Shown here one piece after another: positions 1 to 16,620 of a stretch of 64,000 nucleotides of DNA; positions within the stretch are counted from its first letter, which is position 1; each line of letters opens with the position of its first letter. Location: the NCBI GenBank assembly GCA_973895155.1, contig OZ316892.1:7919251-7983250 (forward strand), in the 5' to 3' direction. The DNA is from Marsupella aquatica (lineage: Eukaryota > Plantae > Marchantiophyta). A program made the position numbers and the translations under genes. Below the pieces are notes generated by a model that was given only the letters and a program-made list of their open reading frames with translations, was not told where the DNA came from and searched no databases.

Positions 1-148
1 TCTTGTAGGCAAAGACTTTTATCCAATGTTGTGAGATCATTTTTTCTCGAGTAGGTCCTCAAGAAGAGTGACCCACTGCGAATTCACTTCACGCATACTC
101 AATTTTTCAATACCATAAAGTAAAAAATGAATGAAGAGAGAGACGGAC

Positions 149-3442
<3,294 letters not shown>

Positions 3443-4121
3443 TGCTATCAACACCAATGAAACACCACCTCCTCCGCCTCGAGCTCTCAGCAAATTCTGA
3501 AGCAGCAATTGAAGGAATGGGAGAGGCAGGAGAGGAACAGCTTGGCTGCTATTCTCTTTGAGGTGACAAGGAAGAAAGGAGACAGGCAAGAAATTTTTAT
3601 ATGGGCGAGTGGCTAGTTTAGTTTTCAATTGATTTCAATGGTTGCTCGTGATCCTGTGAATGGCAGGGAAGAGCATCTCAGCGGGAAATGATTCACGATT
3701 TTACTGTAGAAGTCAGCGAAAGTGGTTTGGAAGCTCTCCTGCACATTTTCACATCCTCCTCGATGACTCTAGTAGTAAAACAATAATTCATTGAGACTTT
3801 CATAGCCTACATTGCAACAGGATTTTGGCCATCACGTCACAGGGATGTGATATACCACCGGTCAGCTGAAATGCTGGGCGGAGTATGATCTTCGGGGTCA
3901 TCTCTTTTTGTTTTCTCGCTCATGGTTATTCCCTTCGTTAGTATTTTATTGAGGAGTGTGCATTTTTCCTTCGATTCTTCTTTCGTAGGAAGGACCACAT
4001 GCACCTCACTTTCTACCTTTTCCCTTGATTTAAGTACCGGGAAAAAAACCTCCTCCAATGGTGTTTCATTGAAAATTGCACTACTGTAGATCCTCTGCCG
4101 TACCTACTAAATAGCTTCCCG

Positions 4122-4450
4122 TGGCCAATCAGAGCCGGCTTGGAATTTCTAAATCTGGCATTTAAAATGAACTTTCGATGGAATATTTTCTTTTATAGTG
4201 ATTATCTCTCTCCAAATGAACACTCTGATGCAGTCCCTGAATCTGGGGGTTTGAGAGTTCAGATAAACTTTCAATGAAATATTTTTATTTCTAAAGTGAG
4301 TTTTTCTCAAATTGAACACTCTACCGAGCAAGTTTCTGAATCTGGGCGTTTGAGACATAAGATAAACTTTCAATTTATTTTTTTACTGACTTTTCCCTCA
4401 GAATGAACAATCTACTGAAGTGAGGGTCAAAGTGTGGGCCCTGATTGGAG
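4122..4450. repeat. Short element with ~105-bp internal direct repeats and short inverted ends (possible MITE)
   Basis: Two to three copies of aaatgaacactct...ctgaatctggg.gtttgaga...agataaactttcaat, flanked by ccaatcagagcc / ggccctgattgg. Confidence 0.45.
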
Positions 4451-6029
4451 AACCGGGCAGCCCGCATGGATCATATCCCCAGAGAAGGCAGAAAAGTGAA
4501 ATTTCTACTGTTTTCCACAGGCCCTGAGCTTGAATTCAAAAATCCAAAAAATTGAATGTTTCATAAACAAATGGTTCACATTGAAGTTCACAGGTCTGGA
4601 TGAAGACCAATGAGAGCTTATGCATCTCACTATTTGGCACTGTCAAAAATAAATGTATAGTTATTTTGTAATCCCCCTAGGGACCCCCTTCAAGGCCAGG
4701 CCCACCTCTACAGACAAAAGTCTCTGTAAGAATGTAAGGGTCTTGTGGTTGCACATTAGTTTCAATACCATCTTTAGTTTTTATTTCCTCTATGAGCGGT
4801 CAACATTTAGCGTCTATAGTTTGCCCCAAGGAAATTCATCCGAGCAATTGTTCCTTTGGGGATAAATTGCAAAGTGCACTCCAGGGAATGATTTCCATCG
4901 GGAGCAACCTATAGCAGATCTCCTTGCCTGCTGACCAGAAGTAGTGTCCCCCCATAAAATGTGCTTGAAAATCGTCGTATGATGTGAGCGAGCCACAACT
5001 CTGTGGGGTAGTACATCTCTCCCTGCCTACAGGTCCAGGGATAAATTTACTCCTTGCGGGTGAGGTTTTTACACACTGATTTAGTGGAGACTATGGGCCC
5101 CAACCGCCCCAACACTACAGAAAAACATACCCCGTCTTGAGTGAAGAAATTTGGGTAATCAGACCAAAACTCTTACCAGGGATTGATTCACTTTGGGAAT
5201 GGTCAGGCAGTAGGGCAGGCTGCAAATGAGTGACAAATGGCCAATAACTGCGATTCCAGGGATTGATTGCATTTATAAGAGTGATGTTCTGAAGACTGAG
5301 CAACAGGGTGTAATTACAGTCGCATATATATGATCAGGTTCACACAGAAAATGTGTAATTTTTGAGGAGATATATGCTCATGAGTAATATACCATAGGCA
5401 GTGCTTGAAACATGGGAAAAAAATTACAATGCACATTTTGTTTAATATTCTAAGAAATTTGATGAAAAAAACTGGGATGTATACCTTGTTTCTACAGTTC
5501 AAAAAGGAATATAAAGAAATCATGTCCTGCTTGCGCTACAATTTGAAAGTTAAGAATAAGAGGCTTTTTTCCCAAGGCATGGGCCTGATCATCCTTGGGT
5601 ACCCCAGAGACTACCAAGGTTGGTCAAAAAATAATACTTAATTGGAAATTTTAGTCCTTGGACAAAATTTTAGCTACAATATTGTTTGTGAAACCTTGAT
5701 AAACAATCACTTTTGGAATGAATATATTTAGAATATGCTAAGCATTTTTAGTAAAAAGAATTAATCAGCGTGTATACTGTTTCAACTTTCAAGGTAGAAA
5801 TCACTTTTCGCTGGGGCAGCAGCAGCCGGCTGTAATTACAGTCATGGCCTACACGTGAGATCAGTCAGCGCCTTTCCCATGACAAACAGCATTACTCTCG
5901 AGGGAAAGCGAGACCGAAGCTTCCTCCTGGATTTTGATTCTTCCGATGAGCGGACACGATCGTCTGTGGTGTCAGATTTTCTTACCCTCGAATGTCACGC
6001 AAAATAGTTTGAGTTATTTTCCATCCCCT

Positions 6030-6500
6030 AAAATAAGTGAGGAAACTGAAGGCCCATGGACCCAAAGGTTTGATGAACCCAGGTAGACCTCAACAAAGTT
6101 TCAGTTATACTATCGTTTAGAATAAGTGAGGACACTGAAGGCCGATGGACATAAAGGTTTGTTGAACCCACATGGACCGCAAGGGAGCTTCAGTTGTTCT
6201 ATCTCGTAAAAGAAGTGAAGAAAGTGAAGGCCCCATGGACCTAAAGGTTTGATGAACCCAGATGGACTACAAAAAAGCCTCCGTTATTCTCTCCTATTAT
6301 AAGTCAGGAAACTGAAGGCACATGGACCTGCAAAAAAGTCTCATTTGAATTTGTTTTTCTCCTAAAATAAGTGAGGAAACTGAAGGCCCATGGGCCTAAC
6401 GGTTTGGTGAAGCCAGATAGACCACCGAGAAGTTCCAGTTTTCCATCTCCTAAAATGAGTGAGCAAAATGAACCTAATGGTTTGACAAACCCAGTAGGTC
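6030..6500. repeat. ~90-bp minisatellite, about 5 diverged units
   Basis: Repeated aaataagtgaggaaactgaaggcccatggacc.aaaggtttg.tgaaccca at about 6031, 6120, 6210, 6298 and 6365. Confidence 0.88.
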
Positions 6501-8567
6501 TGCCAAACAAGGTTTTTTGTATTCAGATATGGATTTTCCCTTGTGAAACAATTCCTGCTTTTCTGCTCAGCAGTGACCTGGTCCATGCGGTTGCAAGGTT
6601 CATGGAGTGGTCCATCCAAGCATGACTTTGAGACTTTCAGACTATTTTTACTCAGATTTCCTAGGTTGCCAGTTTTTGGTCAAAAGACGTACTTTGCCAC
6701 TCTTTTTCTATTTTTTAGTTTATTGAGGACTTTGCCATCGTCCCCCACAGGGTAGGCAAACTAACTCAGGTTATCTGATAGTGATCAGAAGGTGGTCATC
6801 TTGCATCTTCTTTGAATCGAATGTTTGAAACTCAATTGAATCACTGCAGTAGCATTAGAGAGGTGAGAACAAAAGTGAACAGTTTATTCCATATATTAGG
6901 GCCATCACTTGCCGGATACATTGAAACCATTGATCATTACGACATTACCTAGACAAAGACCCAACCACTCATTGGAGATATACCTAAAGTAACAAAAATA
7001 GGATGAGCAAACCACCTAAATATCACATTGCCAAAAAACAAAATATGCCCAGATGCAGCCCAACCGAGAGAGACTAACGAACAGACATAAGACCCAATGA
7101 ATGGAAAGAAAACAATGGAAAATCAAAGCGGCAAAAGTCAGTACATTAACTACTAGGCATTCATACCCAGGTGAAATTGTGTCCAATGCATATTTTGGTA
7201 ACTTTCCCAGCATTTTGATGTAAAACACTGATTTATTAATGTATAAATTGGTTTTATATCATACAAATCTGGAGGAATTATTTACAGGCTCCCATGACAA
7301 GTTAGTTGCAAAACTCCTACTTAGAATGTCTTAGAGTTCAGTTGCAAACACGAATGAGGGTGCGGCAGGGGGCTTGAGGTTGCAAGTTTAGGTTCAGTTG
7401 GGCTTTGTTAACCAGTAGTTTATGGTCAACCGTTACAATTGAAATTTAGTATGTCATTGACTGAATGAATTGAAGTCTAGGGAGGCTATGACAAGGCTCT
7501 TTTGCATGGATTGCATAGAATTTTTGGGAGGGGGACAGGCAATGAATAAAGTAGTTGGGGGTTTTGCTTCCTCAAATTGGCACATCATGTGCGACAAAGT
7601 GTATTGTCTTTTTATTGGTTCTAAAGAAAAACATAAGAATTGCCTTGGAAGAACGTTAGGGCTTAAATCCAATTTTGAGACTTATAAACATATTAAGGTA
7701 TTTGTAATCAAGAAAATTAATTAGTAGGGGTAAAAATATAATAATTTTACTACATTTTAGGGGATCCAAGCCCTCAAAATGTCGCACATGACGGGGAGGC
7801 CTCCATATAGTGAGACCCATGAGCAGGCCCCCAAGATAAGAACAAAGGCTAGAAGAAATAAATTTCAATACACACAGACCCCATTTAGCTAGAACCTTAC
7901 AATCAGCCTTTAAATCTTGGGAGATTGAACCCAATTGCCGTCAAATGTAGGGATATCTATCTGTCATAAATTAATCTACTAAAATTAGATAAGAATATTC
8001 TTAGCATCTTCTCTTGCACAAGGTGCAAAAATAGAGAAAGCTTTGAAATTACAATGAGAAGAGACTCTAAGAGTTAACAGACACAGACAGTGAGTTGTTA
8101 GGAGCAAAACTTGAAGGAAAGGAATGAGGTCGGGGCACATGCACATCAAAGAGTAGCAGTCCGATAAGTAGAAGGAACAACACTCATGAACAATCCATAA
8201 AAAAAAACAATTAGTGGAAGGAACAACATTCATTGGTGTAAAACAGTAATCCATCCCATTAAATGGATAAGTAGAAAGAATAACACACTGACATAAAAGA
8301 GCAATCCAATTTATTATAATTGAAAAATTCAGATATAAAAAACAGTCTGGTTGATTATGGTATAGAAAATTCATTAAACGATGTGGGCATTTGCCAAGTA
8401 GCACAGTAAACCATATCCAATTTGCTGTGGTATAGAAAATTCAGAAAAAACAGTATCCTTCGTTGTAGTATGAAAGATCCATTAAATCTGTGGGCACTTC
8501 CCAAACCACACTCTACACCATTTGCTTTTTGATCTGCAATTTCGGGTTAGTAGAGCATCTTAAGCTT

Positions 8568-8680
8568 CAAATTTAATGGACCTTAACTTAGTAGCTAAGG
8601 TTCAGGATAGAAAGAATTATGGACTACCAAATTCATAGTCCATAACTTTTTGCCATAAAAGTTGGTCATATGCCATGACC
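8568..8680 (-). repeat. Monomer of the hairpin-containing repeat that is tandemly arrayed in NLR intron 4 (inverted orientation)
   Basis: atggaccttaact...ttatggactaccaaattcatagtccataactttttgccat...ttgg..atatgcca is the reverse complement of the unit at 30190-30548 and 42593-42939. Confidence 0.7.
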
Positions 8681-9187
8681 ATAAGTCCCTGTATGCTAGC
8701 AAAAGACACCACAATTAAATTCACATAACTTTCAAAGTTAGGGCCATTTGCTGATGGCCAAAGCCGTCCTACTTGGCTTTGAAGCTTTGAGATTTCCTAT
8801 GAAACATCCATTAAACATGACTGTGGGCACTTGGCAAAAAGCAGAATACAAATAATTTTTGCCACGCAAATGAAAGTCTCAGAATTTGAAGCCCCCATAG
8901 ACGACAAGGTTGGTCTTGAAACTCCCATGGACAACATTTCGCAAAATTTGAGTTTCGTTCTAATAACTTCATATTTATAAATTGATATAGTAGAGGAGTA
9001 GGTAAGCTACATTTCATCAAAGTGATAGTAGATTTTTGGCCATCTTGGTCGAGTTTTTCATCACAGATGCGGAGAGGTAAAGTCCATTAGATTAATTTTC
9101 ATTGTGTTTTTTTATGTCTGCTCCTTCTCTAGGTACCTTGCAGCTGCAAAACTAAAGATTATTTTAGAGCTCGTAATTATAAAGTTA

Positions 9188-9955
9188 CTAGCTCAATATA
9201 TACCGTTGCGTTGCAAAATAGATGTTGTTCCATAAAAGATGTTGTTAGGTAAAAATATATCATGTCGCCAAAGATGTAGATAACTAAGGGATGTCGTTAG
9301 TAAAAGTGTTGTCAAGTAAAAGATGTTAATAACAAAATATCATTAGTAAAGCATGTAGTCGATGTAACACCTGTTGTTAACCAAAAGATGCCGCTAAGTA
9401 AAAGATGTCGCTTAGTAAAAGATGTTGTTAAGGTGAAAGAAGTAGTAAAGCTGGGACGCGGGCTGAGCTGTGCCATTGCCGCTGGGGTTTGCCCAAGGGA
9501 GTGAAGGCGTGCAAGGGAGGGAGGCGCAGCCAAGGAGGGAGGGAGGGCGTGGGAGGGAAGCGCGGCGAGAGGGCCTCTGTGTGGGGCGTGCTGGCCCAGG
9601 GAGCACGGGCAAGGCAAAAGGGTCGTGGCACAGCACCACTAAGGGAGCAAGAGGGGCGGCTTGTGGCCCGGGTGTAAGGCTGGGGCAAAAGGGGAGAGTC
9701 ATGTTGCCATTCCAAAATTAAATTTTGCAGGGCACAAGGGGAGGGTCATGGCGACAGTGGAGGGTTGGGTTGTGTTATTTTGTTTATTCCTTCCATGTTT
9801 TTTAGTCTAAATTTTCTTCACCTAAAATTCCCCTGTACAATTGGCGCAAAGTTAATATTATAGGTGTTAATGGGCCCCAAACTCCCATGGACCGTGTATA
9901 TTTGAATGACATAAAGACTTTATAAATTGGCGCAAAGTTATATCATAGGTGTTGA
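9188..9955 (-). mobile_element. Non-autonomous Helitron-like element, same family as 28813-29943; 5' end approximate
   Basis: Plus strand reads a|CTAG-ctcaatatatacc-gttgcgttgcaa (minus-strand 3' CTAG plus subterminal hairpin), then aaagatgttg-type simple repeats as in the 28.8-kb element. atattataggtgttaa / atcataggtgttga resemble that element's atattatagatgtaga end. Confidence 0.6.
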
Positions 9956-10070
9956 TGCCCCCCCCCCCCCCAAACTCCCATGGACCGTGTATATTTGAAT
10001 CACAAAAACTCTATAAATTGGCGCAAAGTTATATTGTACGTGTTAATGGGCCCCAAACTCCCATGGACCG
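9836..10070. repeat. ~88-bp tandem repeat, 3 units
   Basis: aaattggcgcaaagtta.tat.at...gtgtt.atg..ccccaaactcccatggaccg starting at about 9838, 9924 and 10015. Confidence 0.88.
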
Positions 10071-10257
10071 CCCAAAATGAGGTACACGGGAGCACAGTGT
10101 CCTACCATGGTGGTTCATCCTAGCATCCTAGCTTGAGTTTCGAAGTCTGTACAGAGATGACGTGCTTCGTTTTGATGTGAAATTGCCGCCAGACAAAGGA
10201 AAGTCTCTACAAAGGAAAGTCTCTACGTAACAAAGGAGACGTAGAGCGGAACTTTGA

Positions 10258-10293
10258 AGGAGAGGAGAGGAGAGGAGAGGAGAGGAGAGGAGA
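10258..10293. repeat. (GGAGA)n microsatellite upstream of the HYD1 start
   Basis: About 7 perfect ggaga units. Confidence 0.9.
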
Positions 10294-10348
10294 GCGGTTT
10301 TGATCAACAAGATCGTTCATTGCTTGGCGAGAGGAGAGGAGAGCAACG

Positions 10349-11813
10349 ATGGCAGTGTCACACCCATATTCTCCTGCTACATTGGAGCTCGATGGGTTCG
10401 TTCCGGCGTTTCTGTCGCAGGAATTTATCCTCGGAATGTTCACCGCCGCGACCGCCCTCGTCGTCGGGGTCGGCTGGAGCTTCTCAGGTCGATTGGTTAG
10501 CACTGGATTGCTCGATCTTCGATGATTGCTGTTGCTGTATGAGCTTCCAGGTTTCTGCTGGACTTGTTGTTGGTATTTCCAGTGTTTGTGTTCATGCAGT
10601 GCGGGTCCTGCATTGATCGTGCAGGAAGGTACAAGTACTTGAGCACCGTGGAGCGGCTCCTCGTCTGCTGGTGGCTGGTGACGGGGCTCATACATCTGAT
10701 TCTGGAGGGATATTTTGTATTCACTCCTGATTTCTTCAAATTGCCATACTGCAACTTCTTCGCCGAAGTTTGTAAGTCGTTTCTTTACCGCTCGCCACCA
10801 CCTGCCCGCCACCACCAGTTTTTCTATGAGGAAATGTGGATGGCTGTGTCCTAGGATGGACAGATTGTTTGCCGGCCACAGGTGTTATGCTGTTGTGGTC
10901 AGATTGTAGTTGCTTGGCTGCTGTCGAAAGGTTGGAGCTATGCATTTAGCTGCAACTTGAATGGCTTGCGCCGTGAATGATGTGTGTGGCGCGATAGAGA
11001 ATCGTATCCTTGATGCCGGCAATGCAGTAATAGATAGTATTGGTGATTATTCAGGGAAAGAGTATGGCAAGGGCGATTCAAGGTACCCTGGACGGGATAC
11101 CACTGTTGTCCTCATTGAAGGCATTACGGCGGTTGTCGAAGGACCTGCAGCTCTACTAACCGTGTAAGGCCCTTGCATTTCCTTTCTCTCAATGTCCTGG
11201 CTTTGCTTCAGCTTTTGACCATCAATGTGCTGCAATGCTCTGCTCATAATGATTGATGATCTTATATAATCGACTGAATGGATTTGATTTTCGTTTCGGA
11301 ATAAACTTGTTCGTGCGGTAGTTTAGTTCACTGAATCCTATCTCCCTCTTTGGCTGAATTTTTTTGCTCGAATTTGTGATGAAGAGAGCTATCAGTAGTT
11401 CCACCACAATATTAGTCTTGATTTCAATGTTACAGGGTCAAAATGAGATCTGCCCCACTACAGTAGTTATCTAGCGTGAATTTCAAATGTTGAGTGATTT
11501 TGCAATGAAAATCGTCCACACTGATTGTTGCAATTGATCATGCAGTTATGCGATCTTGTACCGCAAGCCTTATGAGCACTCAATTCAGTTGGCAACATCC
11601 CTTGGGCAACTTTACGGGGACGCGCTTTACTTTTCAACGGTATACTTCCTTAAAGACGAAATCTCGGCTCCCGGCCTCATCTATTTCTGGGGATACTTCA
11701 TCTTTATGAATTCCATCTGGATTGTAATTCCAGCCCTCATTACTATCCGCTCGTGGAATAAAATCAGCGAAGCTCAAGAGAGAACTAAGCTTGCCACCAA
11801 AAAGGTGGACTAA
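10349..11813 (+). CDS. HYD1: Sterol C-8,7 isomerase (emopamil-binding protein family, HYDRA1-like). Exons 10349-10487, 10625-10771, 11055-11163, 11546-11813
   Basis: In-frame splicing gives MAVSHPYSPATLELDGFVP...CWWLVTGLIHLILEGYFVF...FAEVWKEYGKGDSRY...VVLIEGITAVVEGP...SLGQLYGDALYF...YFWGYFIFMNSIWIVIP...TKKVD*. EBP motifs (HPY, H-x-x-x-EG, WKEY-x-x-GDSRY, GQLYG, N-x-x-WIVIP) and a C-terminal KKxx ER-retrieval signal are present. Confidence 0.96.
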
Positions 11814-12285
11814 GTTGGTTCTGGTGCTTGCCTTAATTGTTGAAGTTTATACAGTCTGCCCTTAAATTCTAGAATTTGAAAGATGAACCTTCTTCAATCC
11901 GTCGACTGGAAGATAGGTGACTTGGCAATGACTGGCATGTGTTACAGCATTGACCGCTTTCTTTGGGGCGAACAGAAAAGATGGGCTTGCACGTCGTTGA
12001 GACGTGCAACAGTATATTCACCACATAACTCGGTTCTAATAATGCTCGCACTGTGCTTGGCTTTCATTCCATGTGAATTTTGTCCTTCACAAGACTGCCT
12101 GCGAAAGCCCGAAGAGAGAGACCCTAAAAGAATCGACCCTATTTAGAACTGTTGAGCGGCTCACAACTCACAATTTCTTCACGACCTCCATGGAACCCCT
12201 CTCTTAGGGCGTGTGAATGTTGAGTTGGAGTTGTTGAATAATAGGTGGAAAAGCGTAATTTTTGTTAGCTTAGACAAGGGCCCAT

Positions 12286-12393
12286 ATGGAACCGGGTCTG
12301 TCTCAAGCCGATGCAGATTGTGCTGCCATGGTGGCAGAGCGCAATTTGGGAGAATTGTTTCTAGACCATGCTTCCAATCTTGCCATGTAATAT

Positions 12394-12425
<32 letters not shown>

Positions 12426-15400
12426 AAATGGTATTGTTTATTAGATGCATTAAAACTAAGTGAGGCGTAAGCTACTGCAGCTCCTGGTGCTTTTTCTTAA
12501 GAGGTTTAGTCAATTTCATGCATCCACCATATTTGCTGTCAAATCACTGATCTTACTACAGCATTTAGTGAGCAAGAGACATGAACCTCGATACCATAGG
12601 TAAATCAGCCAACAATATTTGCTTAGTTTGTTGATGATTGACAACTTCTTTTTTAATCAGAGAGGAAGCGCTCCAAAAGCTGACACACGTAAGACTTGAT
12701 AGAGAGAAGCTGGTGTCCTTGGATTCTTGCCAGTACTTCCTTACTTTTCCCACGTTAACAAATCTGTACTTGCAAGAGGTACCAACACTCCCATTTTTTG
12801 TATGACTTCAGGCTTTGGATGCTGATGTTTCTAATACACAAATTAAAGGTTACAATGAGTAAAGTCACCACTGCGAAATTCAACACATCAGGACTTGATG
12901 TTAGTACACGTAAATGAATTGAAAATTCAAGTACTGGGCGATCCACATTATCAAACAATTGCTAGCTCTCTAGAGGTCAAGTGTTCCCGACCACAACAAT
13001 TAGTTGCAAAGTTTTGTACTTTACTCACGTTTCTAATTCTCTCTCTATGCTTTTGAATTGGTGCGATTAAAACATTTTCCCCATTTCTCGGTTCTGATAC
13101 CAGTCTGGATATTAGAATTTATATCCAATCCCGATAGACAAGTAGGTAAATCACTAAACAGCTGGAGTAGTTTGCTCTTTATGTCTGATGGCATTTAAAT
13201 TTTGGAGTATATGTACGTGGACATTCCCGGGCACAGAATAACTTGAAGAGCTTGAAAGGGCTGGAAGTAGCCAAGAGTCTGAAGTTTTTGACGGTAGCTG
13301 GGAATCACATCACAAAGTTGGAAGGACTCTCATGCCTTTCTCAACTGATGGTGCTGGATGTCTCAAACAATGAGATTATCGAAATCAATGCAGGTAGACA
13401 TTGAATTGTTAACTTAAATCTGGATGCGAGACTTCAAAGTTCACCCATATGTGTGTTTAACGAAATCATCTCAATTTCTGTTGAAAGCTAATGAGGTTGG
13501 ACATTAAGTTTCACCCACAACGGAACTCACTTGCTAGTTTTCCTTTGAAAGCTAGTGACGTTGGAGACTAAGTTTCATTCACCACATTGAAGCAATGCCA
13601 TGCATTGCATCCCTCTTGCAAATTTTGAGTTCACAATTACCAAAATGGACAATTTAAATTGGCCCTTAAAATACCTAAGTACACATGTAACCTAAGTTTG
13701 TTGCTCTTGCACAGCTGGCATCCCTTTTTCAACGTAAAGGGAAGGTCTTATATCCATAATAATACCCCACACCACCCATTTTCTTCTTTATTCTCAAAAG
13801 AGAGCCAAGATGGTGATTGATCTACAATACCAGGGGCAGTATTGAATATATGCACCTTGTATATTTTATGTCGAAGTATTTTGAACTGTCAGATCTTCCT
13901 TGGATTTGCAGATCTTGTTGAATCAATGAACAGCACCTTAACGCAATTCCTTTCTGCCAAATGGTCTATCAATTTCTTACAGAATATACTTAGTTTCATT
14001 CTCTAGCCGCCCTCTTTTCCGATATTTTTCAATCTCCAATTTGTTTTCTGCAAAGTACAATCAATCGAGCCTACCTCTACAGTACCTTCAGCTTTACAAT
14101 ATTTCTATGTTTTCTAAGCTTATTTTGCACTTGGTATCATTATTTGGACTTCACTGTAGACTGGACTAGAGAGTCCCTAGAACTATCCTATATTTGAATA
14201 TGTTTGTCTAATTGTAGCAAAAACTGGCACATGAACTAAAGTTACCGTGAGAGAATATTCTCAAAAGGGTTAAAGCCATAAGCATAAGTACCATCAATTA
14301 GAAGTAATTTTTAATCGTCCATATTTTAAGTTGCAGATATTTTAAATTTCACGGAATTAATACAAATCTCCTTATTATTGGATGGTAAGTCTCTAGGTGG
14401 TATCTTTTGTTCAGAGATGGAGCTTCCAAAATCTTTGAGTTTTCTCAACATTGTTGGGAATCCATGTTGGCAACATCAATGTGACTTACGAGCTAATTTG
14501 AAGATTGCATTGCCAAACCTCAAGGAGGTTGACGGAGATGCTTTGACTGATGATGAGTGGTAGGGGATTTCTTCATTTCTTATTCTTACCAACATTTTTG
14601 TAGAAAGTCAGTCGAATGATTGCATTTTTAAGAAATGTTTGATACTTGTCACTTGGCTGAAAAGGAAAGTCATAGACCACAATGTTTTCCAGGATGCTTT
14701 GATAGATGGCAACCCACATGGACGATTATGAAAACATGACTTTTTACTCACATAGCATCTTTTCTTTAATTGTGCAAATCTCACCATGTTGGTGTTGATG
14801 GCGCGTTGAAAAGTCCTTAGGTCAAACATTGTGGTCTATTGGAGTATCAAAATTGTCATTTAAAATATTGTCTCATTTAATCATGAGTGAAACAAATTCT
14901 TCATTTAGTTCATCAACCTTTCAAAACACATATGAAAGAAGCTATTAGTTGCAATGGAAAGATCTGTAAACTTCCTGATGTTAATGATAATCACTCATAA
15001 CACTATTTTTGGACAGTGAGACACCCAAATCAATGACTTCCATCCTTTGCTTCTCTATCAAATATTTGCATGGATAGTACGTCAGAATCTGACAGTTTGA
15101 AAAGCAATGCTGAGAGCGATCTCAGTGACCAAAGTAGCCACACCAACGAGAACAATGACAAACTCATTTGTCCTGAAGATCAAGAAAGAAATCAGCAGAC
15201 TCCAGCAGGCCAGAGTGTCACATTTGCAATGGAGGTTTGTACAACACCTCCAGCTTTACAATGGATTCAGACACCATCATCTTTCAAGAGACTCACAGCA
15301 TATGACATATGTTTGGAGGGCCAAGACTCCCAGTCAGTTGATTCTCAATCTGAAGTAGGATCAAAAGATGCCCACAACCTTAAAGAATGCCTCTACGAAG

Positions 15401-16220
15401 CAAATGTTCAGCCAGGTATATCTCATGTATTACAATGGTACTTGAATTCTCACTCACAGCATGAACTACATTTTCAGAATCTGTGGCAGAAAAACCTGAA
15501 TGTTTATCAATGAATCCTCTATCATCCTTGGCACAGTCCCCTTGATACTTTGTTATTTTGATATGAGACAGAGTTTGCTCTTCAGAAGATTTTGGCAATG
15601 ACAACAGGGACTTTGGATTATCCGACCATGGCTATCATGGAACGGATTGCCGAACGAGTGAATAACTTAGATGTAAGTTGATTGTGACTTCACTCTAGTG
15701 CATGCATTGGTAGATCTGCATCTCTCTGTCTCTGCCTATTATATACAACCACAATCTGAATGACTATATATGAGAATCTTTGGATGCGAATATGCCCATA
15801 GTCTGTCCAATGAGAGTTAGTATTTACTACTTTACTTTGGACGGCCAGATTTATGTCATTTTAAGGGAACATGTGTTTTAAAGACTCTTTGGGAGCAAAC
15901 CATTTTCATAGCCATCATTTTGATTTGACCATAATTATAGTTAAGTAAAATAGTGCTTGCCTATCATCTAAATATATTTGTGTTAAGGTGACTTGTGTAC
16001 AATTTGCCTAAAGTTCCCAGTATTGAAGAAGAGCATGTTGTCAAGTCCCTTTAATTTCAAGGTTTTGTGTTATTTGCAGGGCCAAATCTGTGAAGAAATT
16101 GCGGATCTTTTCTTCTCACCAAGATCATCAACTAAGTCAACCATAGAAACTACCAATATGACAGAGGATTGCACAGCCCCGTCCCTTGCAGAGAACCAGC
16201 CAGGGAAACAACTTGATTAA
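12286..16220 (+). CDS. SDS22-type LRR protein resembling LRRC46 (cilium/sperm associated). Exons 12286-12386, 12661-12778, 13237-13393, 14415-14559, 15078-15415, 15608-15672, 16080-16220
   Basis: Phase-consistent splicing gives MEPG...AERNL...LQKLTHVRLDREKL...LTNLYLQENNLKSLKGLE...LKFLTVAGNHITKLEGL...LMVLDVSNNEI...ELPKSLSFLNIVGNPC...LPNLKEVDG (LRRcap), followed by a Ser/acidic low-complexity tail. The RNL...VRLDRE...LYLQ pattern matches my recollection of animal LRRC46. The last three exons are less certain. Exons 1-3 are not in the ORF track. Confidence 0.75.
12400..12426. repeat. (CT)n microsatellite in intron 1 of the LRR gene
   Basis: Run of ctctct... Confidence 0.9.
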
Positions 16221-16620
16221 ATATTTGTTATGAGAAAGTGTACCATATGAAGCCAACAATTGATGGAGACTCACCAGGTTTTGTATACCAAGGAGGTGCA
16301 ATAGTGGCCAGGTGTTCAAGCTCCAAAATTAAACAACAGTTGAAAGATGGCGAGAAACTACAACTTTGATGCTTACTGAGTCCTTCCTAAAAACTTTCCA
16401 AATTAACAAAGTAAACCAGCGCACTGTCCAAAAAAATATTTGTTTGAAAGAACTGCTTGGTCAATAGAACTACCAGATTTACACAGCCACTATAGTTGAG
16501 GTTGGTGTCCCTTTCCCTTTTAGTTGCAGAACTTGACTACCCCACTGCTTAGCTCCGGCGTCGCTAACTCCGACGCCGAGCTCCTTTATGGACCCTGGAT
16601 GGCCATCCGGTGGGGACTAA

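Noticed and set aside
6030-6500. Regularly spaced repeats resembling a CRISPR array (also 9836-10070 and 30188-30548)
   Set aside because: Whole units are repeated with no unique spacers, no cas genes are present, and the context is eukaryotic.
9312-9721. Cluster of short ORFs
   Set aside because: GC-rich interior of the Helitron-like element.
10207-10815. 202-aa minus-strand ORF
   Set aside because: Antisense to HYD1 exons 1-2 and its microsatellite; no domain signal.
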